Origin: Archaeoglobus fulgidus DSM 4304
GTDB taxonomy: Archaea > Halobacteriota > Archaeoglobi > Archaeoglobales > Archaeoglobaceae
Length of the DNA: 32,000 nucleotides
Assembly: GCF_000008665.1 (NCBI RefSeq)
Contig: NC_000917.1
Coordinates: 1,740,001 to 1,772,000, forward strand
Direction: 5' to 3'
Shown here piece by piece: positions 1 to 8,800 of this stretch (the first letter of the stretch is position 1; each line of letters begins with the position of its first letter). The notes below the pieces were generated by a model. That model saw nothing but the letters and a program-made list of their open reading frames with translations. It was not told where the DNA came from and did not search any database. The position numbers were made by a program, and so were the translations under genes.

Positions 1-1349
1 ATCCACTCCTTGAAGGCAGCGTTCGGATGGGAGAGCATCTTCATGAAGGTCTTAACGTAGTCCGCAGGTGGCTCGACCTCCTCGTGCAGCTCCTTCTCAG
101 GCTTTCTGGCAACGTAGGGACGGCAGTATTCAGGCCCTGAGGTGACGAACTCCGTGTCCATCTCGTAAATCTTGTAGCCTTTGTAGTAGATTCTGGTGAT
201 TTTTTCTGGAATCACCTTTCCAACGACAGTGGCTGGAACATCCCACTTCTGGAAGATGTAAAGAACTTCGTCTATGTGCTCCGGCCTGACTGTGAGCATC
301 ATCCTCTCCTGACTTTCGGAAATCCATATCTCCCAAGGGGCCATTCCCTCCTCCTTCAGCGGAACCTTGTCCAGATAAACCTCAGCCCCAAAACCAGCGG
401 CGAGGGCCATCTCCCCGATGACGCAGCTCAGCCCTCCTCCTCCCAAATCCTTCATTCCCGTCAGAAGGCCTTTCTCCACGACCTCAAGGCAGGCGTGGAT
501 GAGGGGCTCCTTCATTATAGGATTTCCCAGCTGCACCGCTCCCCTCGCCTCCTCCTCGCTCTTCTCGTCAAGCTCTGCTGATGCGAAAGTTACGCCGTGA
601 ATCCCATCCCTTCCCGTCTTGCCGCCAGCAAGCACGAAGAGGTCTCCAGCCCCTCCAGCACGGCTGTGGATGATTCTGTCCTTCCTCACTATGCCCACAC
701 ATCCCACATTAACAAGGCAGTTCGTCAGGTAGGAGTTGTCAAAAAACACCATTCCCGCAACCGTTGGAATTCCAACTCTGTTGCCGTAATCCCTTATCCC
801 CGCAACAACACCCTTAAGCAGGTAAAGGGGATGCTTCGTCCCCCTCGGCAGCTTCTCGTAGGGAGTGTCGAGATTCCCGAAAAAGAGGGGGTCTATTAGT
901 GCAATAGGCTGGGCACCCATGCAGAGGACGTCCCTCAAAATCCCTCCAATGCCTGTAGCAGCCCCGCCGTAGGGCTCTATTGCCGAGGGATGATTGTGAC
1001 TCTCAAAGGCCGTAACGTAGGCATACTCATCATCAAACTCCACAACTCCAGCATCCTCCTCAATGGCGGAGATGACGTAATCAGCCTTAGAAGCTTCGAG
1101 AAGGTACTGCCTCAAATAATACTTCGAGCTCTTGTAGCAGCAGTGCTCGCTCCATGCTTGGGCAAGGCTCTGAAGCTCGATGTCGTAGGGATTTCTGCCC
1201 TTCTGGCGGAAGTAATCCTGAATGCGCTTCATCTCGTCAACGCTCAAAGCTAAGCCCATCTCCTCGCTGATTTTCGCCAGCTCCTCTTCACTGGCATCGA
1301 GAATCTCAACCTCGTAAAGCTCGAAGGGAACGTCAACCTTCCTGTACAT
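1..1349 (-). CDS. purL: FGAM synthase II (phosphoribosylformylglycinamidine synthase subunit PurL), N-terminal ~449 codons; 3' end lies beyond the window
   Basis: Minus-strand frame from ATG 1349..1347 reads [75 protein letters not shown].., then ..[27 protein letters not shown].. and ..[13 protein letters not shown].., classic PurL motifs. The frame stays open to position 1, which is why it is missing from the ORF track. It starts 4 nt after the purS stop. Confidence 0.93.
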
Positions 1350-1353
1350 ACTC

Positions 1354-1596
1354 TCACTCTCTCCAGACTATGCTGTACTTCTGAATTACAGGGTTGGCGA
1401 GGAGCTTCTCGCACATCTCGGCAATCTCCCTCTCCGCCTCCTCCCTGCTTCTCGCTTCGATGTCAATTCGAAAAACCTTCACGGTTGAGACCTTCTTAAC
1501 CCTCTTAAAGCCAAGCAGCCTTAGAGCTTTGAGCGTCGCCTCACCTTCAGGGTCAGCAACGCCCTCCTTGAGCTCGATGTAAACGTCTGCAATCAT
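1354..1596 (-). CDS. purS: FGAM synthase subunit PurS
   Basis: ORF 1354..1668 trimmed to the internal ATG at 1596: [80 protein letters not shown] (80 aa), the size and pattern of PurS. It lies immediately upstream of purL. The 24-codon extension (MSTIIHYHHTPNRL..) runs into the AT-rich promoter region (minus-strand GATTTTTAAAG at 1617..1627, about 20-30 nt upstream of ATG 1596). Confidence 0.88.
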
Positions 1597-1683
1597 GGTT
1601 GTTTTTTGCTCATGCTCTTTAAAAATCAAGCGATTCGGTGTATGATGATAGTGTATGATGGTACTCACAATAATCTGAAGGAT

Positions 1684-1695
1684 AAAATTTATAAG
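1684..1695 (+). promoter_or_regulatory. TATA-like box for island cassette 1
   Basis: AAAATTTATAAG in an AT-rich spacer about 65 nt upstream of ATG 1759. It closely resembles AAATTTTATAAAG (5744..5756), placed about 60 nt upstream of the paralogous gene. Confidence 0.4.
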
Positions 1696-1782
1696 TAAAA
1701 AAATTTTACTAAAATAAAAATTGAGGATAGCTTGCTGTTCTCAACTAAGGGTGGTTGAATGAGGTAGTTAATTCCGTTAACC

Positions 1783-2352
1783 TTGCTGGTATTAGTTATG
1801 GCCACAGCCTCAGCCGACACCCTATGCAGTCAGCAGGAAGATGAGAGCTGGGGAAACCTGATGCTGCACGGCTTTCAGGTTGAAGCCTACAAGCCCGTTA
1901 GGGTTGGCGATAAGGTTTGCTACTCCTTCTATCTGAAGAACACAGGCAGCAGCGATGTAACGCTGGGGAAAAAGGGAGTCTACCTCCACACCAACGACGG
2001 CGATTTGAGCAGTAACTCAGGAGCTACCATCAGCCCGGGGAAGTCCATTTTTGTGAAAGACTGCTTTATAGCCTCATCATCTGGAGAGTGGACAACCTAT
2101 CCGGGCGTATGCATAATCACTGCCAAAGGAGAGTTCTGCCACAACTTCGAGACATCATGCACCTTTGACGTCTTCATCGAGTGCCCAGAAAACTGGAACT
2201 GCATGACTGCCGAAGATGCTTCTCAGGGCAACTATATTCGCTACTCTGACGAGCTTTGCGGTTACACCATCACCGGCTTCACAGCAATGAACAAGGTCCG
2301 ATGTACTGCTACAGAGAAGCTTCTGAATGCCCTGCAGGCACTCGGTGTGTAA
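1783..2352 (+). CDS. ORF fragment 1 of 3 of the disrupted protease gene (truncated signal peptide, N-terminal sandwich, first Cys module)
   Basis: TTG-initiated ORF from the track. DTLCSQQEDESWGNLMLHGFQVEAYKPVRVGDKV..TSCTFDVFIECPENWNCMTAEDASQGNYIRYSDELCGYTITGFTAMNK aligns with the first ~185 aa of 5815..9081. Its last ~17 codons (VRCTATEKLLNALQALGV) are out-of-frame read-through. Confidence 0.6.
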   Translation: MLVLVMATASADTLCSQQEDESWGNLMLHGFQVEAYKPVRVGDKVCYSFYLKNTGSSDVTLGKKGVYLHTNDGDLSSNSGATISPGKSIFVKDCFIASSSGEWTTYPGVCIITAKGEFCHNFETSCTFDVFIECPENWNCMTAEDASQGNYIRYSDELCGYTITGFTAMNKVRCTATEKLLNALQALGV

Positions 2353-3947
2353 CTCAGGGAGAAGCTGAGAAAAACGGGATGATTCCAACAGGGATTTTCT
2401 GTGATTACCAGAATGGGCAGGAGATGTACTGCTACTCCGAAGGAAAGCCTGATTTAGTCATAAGCGACGTCTGGGCTTACAACACCACTCCCGGAGTTTA
2501 CTCCGAGCTTAGAGCTCTCGTTTACAACCACGGGCATGGTTATGCAGGAAAGTTCAGCGTTGCCTTTTTCATTGATGGCAGCTACGTTGGAGAGGTTGAG
2601 GTTAACGGTCTTGGTGCCAACGAGAACACGGTTGCAAGGATCAGCTACCCCCATCCATGTGAGGGAGAGACAGACACCTTTGCTGCTCAGGTTGACTACC
2701 ACAATGAAGTGGATGAAGAAAATGAGAACGACAACTACCACGAAAGCCCCCGCATCTTCCAGTGCAGTGGGGGAGAGATGCCCAACTTAGAAGTTGTTGA
2801 GGCTTATATTGACTATCAGGACTTCTGCAGAGCCCTCAACTACAGAAACAGCTCCATTGTCGTTGTCGTTGCAAACACGGGAGAGCAGGCATCTCCTCAA
2901 ACGGGCGGATGGATTTACATTGACGGTAATTCGAGAGGAGGCTTTGACATCCCCTCACTCCAGCCGGGTGAAGAAACCACCATCTCGATGAACTTCCCGT
3001 ATATGTGTGAGGGGAGCAGCGACGAGATCAGGGTTGTGGTTGACAGCAGAAACTACGTGGTTGAGAGCAATGAGAACGACAATGAGTATACATTCATAAC
3101 AGACTGCATACCAATGCCCTCAGGAACTGCTGATCTGGTGGTGAGCTATTTAGAGACACATGTTGTTGAGGAACTTCTGGCTGGTGGGCTGAGCTACCCC
3201 CTGAAGTCGGAAATAAACTACACCGTAGAGAATCTCGGAGAGGATTACTCCTGCAACGCAGAAGTGGGGCTGTTTATAGATGGCGTTTTTCAGGGTCAGC
3301 AATACCTTCCACCACTGGCTCCGGGAGACTCAATCACGAGGACTTTTATTGCGAAATACGACTGGGAGAGGTGCAGCGGAATAAGTGACACGCTGACTTT
3401 GAAGGCTGACGTCAACAACGACGTGGCCGAGTCAAATGAGAACAACAACGAGAGGAGCGTTACGCTCTACTGCATTGAATATCCCCTGATTAAGCCTGAC
3501 CTCACGGTGGAAGACGTGTGGATTGAAGGAGAGGGGGCATCCAACTTGGACATAGTTTTCACGGTCAAAAACATCGGCTTGGCTGCAAGCAGAGCGACAA
3601 ATGCGTATGTTGGGGTGAACTACAACCCCGCAGGAAGCACTCCCATCCCTCCACTCAACGCTGGAGAGAGTGTTGAACTCAGAATTTCAGGATTCACCGC
3701 CCAGTGGCAGGAGAACACCATTGAGGTGTGTGCGGACAGCGGAAATCTTGTTGATGAGATTCCCAATGAGATGAACAACTGCCTGACCAAAACGATTACC
3801 ATCGAGGACGTTGGTTGCTATGATGGAGTGAGGAACAGAGATGAGGTCGGTGTGGATTGTGGCGGATATTACTGTGTTCCTGCGGCTTTGTTGAGGTTAA
3901 AGGGAGATTGCTCTATCAGGATGACGATGGCAGCTGGCTTCCAGTGA
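2256..3947 (+). CDS. ORF fragment 2 of 3 (second Cys module, four CARDB-type domains, Cys linker)
   Basis: From ~2298 it reads PMYCYREASECPAGTRCVTQGEAEKNGMIPTGIFCDYQNGQEMYCYSEGKPDLVISDVW... There are four sandwich units, each starting with x-[PA]-[DN]-L-x-V and ending in Asn/acid-rich motifs (ENENDNYHE, ESNENDNEY, ESNENNNER, IPNEMNNC), as in CARDB domains. The first ~14 and last ~21 codons are out of frame relative to the paralogue. Confidence 0.6.
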   Translation: MRLHHHRLHSNEQGPMYCYREASECPAGTRCVTQGEAEKNGMIPTGIFCDYQNGQEMYCYSEGKPDLVISDVWAYNTTPGVYSELRALVYNHGHGYAGKFSVAFFIDGSYVGEVEVNGLGANENTVARISYPHPCEGETDTFAAQVDYHNEVDEENENDNYHESPRIFQCSGGEMPNLEVVEAYIDYQDFCRALNYRNSSIVVVVANTGEQASPQTGGWIYIDGNSRGGFDIPSLQPGEETTISMNFPYMCEGSSDEIRVVVDSRNYVVESNENDNEYTFITDCIPMPSGTADLVVSYLETHVVEELLAGGLSYPLKSEINYTVENLGEDYSCNAEVGLFIDGVFQGQQYLPPLAPGDSITRTFIAKYDWERCSGISDTLTLKADVNNDVAESNENNNERSVTLYCIEYPLIKPDLTVEDVWIEGEGASNLDIVFTVKNIGLAASRATNAYVGVNYNPAGSTPIPPLNAGESVELRISGFTAQWQENTIEVCADSGNLVDEIPNEMNNCLTKTITIEDVGCYDGVRNRDEVGVDCGGYYCVPAALLRLKGDCSIRMTMAAGFQ

Positions 3948-4981
3948 AGCTGACGAAGATCAGAACTGAAGGAGACTTTAACTGGGGGCCATTTCTGACC
4001 GACAGCGATGGTTACTTCACCATTCCAATCCCAGACAGCCAAGCAGGCAAGAAATTCAGGATCAGGATTGAGCCATGGGATATAAACTACGCTGCAAGAA
4101 TTGCAAGGGATCTGGATCGGTGCAACGAGTACGTGTGGTTCCTTTCGGACGAGATTACTGTGCCAGATCACGGAAGGCTGGATCTGGGTGAGCTAAGGAT
4201 AGGTAAAGATGCCAACTACGACTTCACTGCCTACTGGCAGGAAAAGAGGCACACCTGCCTTTTCGGTCTCTGCGCCTGTGGGGGTTCGGTACATGTAATT
4301 CAGGGAGGGTCAGTTTATCTGAACATTGCCGACGCCCTGCTTGCAGCCAGAGCCTATGCGGACCTTCACAGGAGCGACGATGACGGTATAGGAAGAGTGG
4401 ACGTTCAGTATCCTGACAGCGACTGGAGCAACTACGACCAAACCTGGGATGAGATAACGCTTACAACGAATCACGGATTTTTGGATGGAGTTGCCATCCA
4501 CGAGTACGGGCACTTCCTCGAAGACCACATAAGCGAGGAAGACATATATGTTGGTAACACTTCCCACACCTTCTGCGACGACAAGGACGATACGGAATTT
4601 GCGTGGAGTGAAGGGTTTGCAGAATACTACGGGACTTTCATAGTGGCAATAAACGACCACCTCTCGCATCCGGACATAAGTTTCGGTACAATCGAGAATC
4701 CGGGTTGCAGCAAATTTGATGACGATATAGAAGCCACAGTTGCCGCAGTTCTCTGGGACATGGTTGACAACAGCAGCTTTCCAGACTACAATGCAAGCGA
4801 ATCATTCGATACGGTTGGAGGGCTCGACGATGTTATCTTCAAGATGTTCGACAGTGAGCTCGACCACTGGCACGATGCTCCTGACCTATGTGAAATGCAT
4901 GGCAATCTCGACCATCGGCTTGATTCAACTACGTTGAACAAAGTGGAGCGGATTTTTGAGCATTACAATGCGTGCAGGTGA
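3857..4981 (+). CDS. ORF fragment 3 of 3 (small beta-sandwich plus HExxH zinc-protease domain)
   Basis: From ~3881 it reads CGFVEVKGRLLYQDDDGSWLPVKLTKIRTEGDFNWGPFLTDSDGYFTIPIPDSQAGKKFRIRIEP.., then ..FLDGVAIHEYGHFLEDH.. (HEYGH at 4499..4513) and ..TEFAWSEGFAEYYG.. (Glu at 4610..4612). This gives HExxH plus a downstream Glu-containing helix, a gluzincin-like arrangement. Confidence 0.6.
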   Translation: MWRILLCSCGFVEVKGRLLYQDDDGSWLPVKLTKIRTEGDFNWGPFLTDSDGYFTIPIPDSQAGKKFRIRIEPWDINYAARIARDLDRCNEYVWFLSDEITVPDHGRLDLGELRIGKDANYDFTAYWQEKRHTCLFGLCACGGSVHVIQGGSVYLNIADALLAARAYADLHRSDDDGIGRVDVQYPDSDWSNYDQTWDEITLTTNHGFLDGVAIHEYGHFLEDHISEEDIYVGNTSHTFCDDKDDTEFAWSEGFAEYYGTFIVAINDHLSHPDISFGTIENPGCSKFDDDIEATVAAVLWDMVDNSSFPDYNASESFDTVGGLDDVIFKMFDSELDHWHDAPDLCEMHGNLDHRLDSTTLNKVERIFEHYNACR

Positions 4982-4985
4982 TAGT

Positions 4986-5678
4986 ATGAGGTGGATACTG
5001 CTTGTTTTGGTGATTCTGCTGGCCTCTTCAATCCCCCTCTGCTCACAGCCGGGCCAACCTGAGAGTGGACAGGAGAGCCAGCCAGCTGCAACCCTCTACA
5101 ACGTTACGCTTGACAGCGGCTACTTTGATAAGCTAAAGGGGGTCATTGAGGGGGATACAACGCCAAAGGAGAAGGAGAAGGCAATACTGGAAATGGCGCA
5201 GATTGCAGTTATGCTCAACGACAGTGATAGGGCCATTGAATATCTGAAAGAGGTTGCAAGCACCTCCAAAGACCAGAATGTGGTTGCTGCTGCATATGCA
5301 GCTATAGATCTGATTAGGGATTACTATCCGCCCGAAGTGCTTGGAGAGCTTGCAGTTGACGTCGAAGGAGACCTCAAACCCGGCTCGACGGTGAATATTA
5401 CCGCAACCGTCAAGGCTTACTCCGACTGCGAGGGTATGGTCGGGATAAAAAGAGGGGTGCCGGAGGGAATGGAGCTTAAATCAAATATCCGCTATAAGTT
5501 CGAGATTTCCGCAGAGGAGACTAAGAAATTCACCTTTGTTGTAAAACCAGAGCAGAGCGATGAGTATGCATTGACCATTGCTCTATTCCTCGAAAAGAGT
5601 AGATTTGACTACCAGCAGGTGGAGCAGGAAATTGTGCTGAGAGTTGACGAGAGTGGAGGAGAAGTTGTTTACTATTAA
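4986..5678 (+). CDS. Secreted hypothetical protein, small partner of cassette 1
   Basis: ATG 4986 lies 4 nt after the upstream stop, and the last upstream codons supply AGGTGA as SD. MRWILLVLVILLASSIPLCS is a Sec-type signal peptide. It is followed by a Q/P/E/S-rich linker (QPGQPESGQESQPAA), a helical middle part, and a C-terminal region with a sandwich-like pattern (DLKPGSTVNITATVKA..VPEGMELK..KFEISAEETKKFTFVVKPEQSDEYALT). The track start 4956 overlaps the upstream gene and adds non-signal residues. Confidence 0.7.
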   Translation: MRWILLVLVILLASSIPLCSQPGQPESGQESQPAATLYNVTLDSGYFDKLKGVIEGDTTPKEKEKAILEMAQIAVMLNDSDRAIEYLKEVASTSKDQNVVAAAYAAIDLIRDYYPPEVLGELAVDVEGDLKPGSTVNITATVKAYSDCEGMVGIKRGVPEGMELKSNIRYKFEISAEETKKFTFVVKPEQSDEYALTIALFLEKSRFDYQQVEQEIVLRVDESGGEVVYY

Positions 5679-5680
5679 TC

Positions 5681-5694
5681 TTTTATTTATTTTT
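5681..5694 (+). terminator. Oligo-T tract after cassette 1
   Basis: TTTTATTTATTTTT begins 2 nt after the TAA at 5676..5678. Archaeal terminators are typically T-runs. Confidence 0.4.
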
Positions 5695-5743
5695 ATCAAT
5701 GTATTAAAGTCAATGTGACTGTGTTAATGAGGGTTTTAAAGGC

Positions 5744-5756
5744 AAATTTTATAAAG
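5744..5756 (+). promoter_or_regulatory. TATA-like box for island cassette 2
   Basis: AAATTTTATAAAG about 60 nt upstream of ATG 5815. The downstream leader (CTGTTCTGACCATCGGTGGTTTGATG) is homologous to the leader of the disrupted paralogue (CTGTTCTCAACTAAGGGTGGTTGAATG). Confidence 0.45.
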
Positions 5757-5814
5757 TAATTCATCCCTTAAAAACTGTTGGAACGGCCCGACTGTTCTGA
5801 CCATCGGTGGTTTG

Positions 5815-8800
5815 ATGAAAAACTTGCTCAAAGCCTTGGTCATTTGCACCCTCATTTTCGCCTCAGTCGCCTCAGCCTCTGCTTCGCCCGTCTGCCAGCA
5901 GGAGAGAGAGGAGATCTGGAACTCTCTGCAGCTTTACGGCTTTTTGGTGGAGTCGAATCAGCCTGTCAAGGTCGGTGACACAGTTACCTACAAGTTCAAC
6001 CTCAGAAACACGGGAAAGGAGCCTGTAACCATCGGATTTGGTGGGGCTTACCTCAAGAGTAGCGATGGACAAATTTACAGATTTCACGCAAAAGAGGTGA
6101 TTGAGCCATCAGGAGCATTGACCGTCAGCTCAACGTTTGTTGCTGAGAACACCGGCCAGCTTTCCGTATCTCCCGGAGCGTGCATTTCTACATCTAAGGG
6201 CGACATCTGCCACGATTTCAGCAGCTGCACCTTCGACGTCTTCTTCGAGTGCCCTGCGGGGTGGAGCTGCATGGCTGCGGAGGAGGCTTCCGGGAGCTAC
6301 GTCAGGTATTCGGAAGAGGTTTGCGGATACAGCGTTTCCGGCTTGGCGGCAATGGTAAAGACGCCGAAGTACTGCTTCAGAGAGGTTCAGAGCTGTCCGG
6401 AAGGATGTGAGTGCCTGACCAAATCTGAGGCGGAGAAGCTGAAAATGGACCCGTGCGGAAAAATATTCTGCGGATACGAGAATGGACAGGAAAAATACTG
6501 CTACCGGCGTGGAGCTCCTGACTTTGAGGTTTTAAGCGTGGAAGTGGAGAGAAGCGAGGACTGCGAAAGGCTGGACTACAGGGAGAGCCCTGTCACATTT
6601 AAGGTGAGGAATTCCGGGGATGGGGCGAGCCCTACAGCGGAAGGGGAGCTTTACATTGACGGAACACTCCTTCAGACCTTCAGCATTCCACCCCTCCAGC
6701 CGGGAGAGGAAGAGCTGTTCAGCTTCAATTTTCAGGTCCTTTGTAGCAGAGAAAAGGACACAATCCGAGTTGTTGCGGACTCACAGAATACAGTTTTAGA
6801 ATCCACAGAGAGCAACAACGAGGTGGAAGTTGAGTTATCCTGCCTTCCGTCTTCTGAGGGGGCGGATTTAACTGTCGTGAGGGTATGGAACGAGTCCTAC
6901 AACAACGAGCTGAGAGTTTACTACGAAATCAAAAACACGGGATATGGATATGCCTGCAGCTCTCAGGCGGGGCTTTTCGTTGATGGGGAGCTATTTGCAG
7001 TGGACGATGTCGGGCCTTTAAGTCCGAAAGAATCGAGAGAGGAGGCTTTCTACAGGAGATACAGCATTGAAAGTTGCACGGGCAACGTTTTCGAGGTCGT
7101 GGCGGATGTTGATGACAGCGTTTTAGAGCTTGATGAGGGTAACAACGCCTTCAGTGTTGTCTGGCTGTGCAGAGATTTTGTTCAGCAAAAGCCCGACCTT
7201 CAGGTGGGGGCGGTCTGGACTGAGGGGACGGGTAATTCAGACCTGACACTCCACATCCCGCTGCAGAACTTCGGCAAGGCGGAAAGCCCCCAGACCGAGG
7301 TGGTTGTTTATGAGAACGGGCAGCAGGTTGCAACTCTTCAGGTGTCATCCATTTCTCCGGGCGGGATAGAGACATACAGGCTTCTCCACTGGTCACCGCA
7401 GAGCAGTTCAACAACCATAACCGTTTGCATTGATGTCCAAAACGACGTGGATGAGGAAAGGGAGGACAACAACTGTGCCAGCAGGATACTTACCTTCACC
7501 TCCACCTGCAGCGATGGTGTGCAGAACGGGGATGAGGAAGGGATTGATTGCGGAGGGAGCTGTCTGCCATGCAACAGGTGCGACATGGCATCGCTGCCAT
7601 CTCGATTCGACTGGAGAGACTACACGGGACTTTCCGCTGTCAGGGATCAGGGGAGCTGCGGGTCTTGCTGGGCACATTCTGCCGTCGCAGCTCTGGAATC
7701 TGCACTCATTGTCGAATCGGGTGCAAGCTCAAGCATAGACCTCTCCGAGCAGCACCTTCTGAGCTGCGAGCAGGACTGTGAGGTGGGAATTGGTGACTGG
7801 TGCTGGGCGAGCAGCGGAGATTGTGATGGTGGCTGGCCCCACAAGGCTCTCAACTTCATCATAAACAACGGCGTTCCGGATGAGTCATGCTTTCCCTACA
7901 CCGCAACCAACGGGAACTGCGGGAGTAAGTGCGGTGACTGGGAGGACAGGACAGAGGGGGCAGTTTACAGGGGGAAGGTCAGCAGTAACGTTGAAGCCCT
8001 GAAAAGAGCCCTGATATGCCACGGACCCCTCTCGGTGGCTTCGGAGAACTGGGAGCACGCATTGCTTCTCGTAGGTTACGATGACCTGAGCACCATCTGC
8101 ACGCAGAAATACGGGAAATCAGGATGCTGGATACTCAAGAACAGCTGGGGAGTTTTCAGCGGTTTTTCGCATGACGTATGGCACGAGTATGGCTACGCCT
8201 ACATCCCATATTCGGGCTTTAAATACAGCGACATCAAAAACGGGGCCTACTACGTTATTCCATCGGACTACACTCTTCATGCCGACTTCGAGATGATGGA
8301 CGGCCTCGCTGCTGGGGATCTGGACGGAGACGGTATGGCTGAGATCGTGCACGCTGACAGAGGAGACCTGCTGCAGATTTTCAACCTTGGAGGGTTGCAG
8401 AGCAGTGAGCAGATGGATTTTGAAGAGGGAGACAGAATAGCCACTGGAGACGTGGATGGGGACGGAAGGATGGATGTCATACACGCCGACAGAGGGGATG
8501 AAGTTAGCATCCACTTCCAACCACCCGTTGGGGTTGTCAGCAGCTTTTACCTCGACTTCGAGGAGGGCGATGACATCGCAGCCGGAGACGTCAACGGAGA
8601 TGGCGTTGATGAGATTGTGCATGCAGACAGAGGGGATTTGATAAGTGTTCTCGGTGCCAGCGGCAATCAGGTTGCGAGCTTCCAGCTGAACTTCGAAGAG
8701 GGAGACAGAATCTGCGTTGGAGACGTTAATGGTGACGGAAAAGATGAGATAGTGCATGGAGACAGAGGTGACTGGGTGAGGGTTTACGACATGTATGGGA

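Larger units (their letters stand above)
1759..4981 (+). pseudogene. Disrupted gene for a ~1070-aa secreted modular metalloprotease; paralogue of 5815..9081. Domain order: signal peptide, N-terminal sandwich, 2 Cys-rich modules, 4 CARDB-type domains, Cys linker, small beta-sandwich, HExxH zinc-protease domain
   Basis: Three consecutive ORFs (1783..2352, 2256..3947, 3857..4981; each shifted -1 relative to the previous) align end to end with the intact paralogue. Lesion (i): ATG 1759, behind a GGGTGG SD, is followed by AGG TAG (1765..1767) and then in-frame LIPLTLLVLVMATASA, a complete signal peptide interrupted by an amber codon. Lesion (ii): frame change near 2296..2298 (..GFTAMNK / PMYCYREASECPAG..), where the paralogue reads ..LAAMVKTPKYCFREVQSCPEG.. 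without interruption. Lesion (iii): frame change near 3879..3881 inside the conserved linker (..VDCGGYYCVP / CGFVEVKG..), where the paralogue reads ..IDCGGSCLPCNRC... Each shift is equivalent to one missing nucleotide. Confidence 0.7.

Noticed and set aside
276-1253. Several 60-100-aa plus-strand ORFs (276..581, 418..600, 597..899, 990..1253)
   Set aside because: All are antisense to the well-supported purL frame and have Ser/Pro/Leu-rich nonsense-like products.
1765-1767. In-frame TAG read as pyrrolysine or programmed read-through
   Set aside because: Nothing in the window suggests Pyl machinery. I do not expect Pyl decoding outside a few methanogen-type lineages. The same gene carries two further frame disruptions, so simple inactivation or sequence error is the more economical explanation.
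2290-3885. Programmed -1 ribosomal frameshifting at the two frame changes
   Set aside because: Both shifts are -1, but neither site (AAC AAG GTC CGA; TGT GTT CCT GCG) has an X-XXY-YYZ slippery heptamer or homopolymer run, and I saw no obvious downstream stem-loop.
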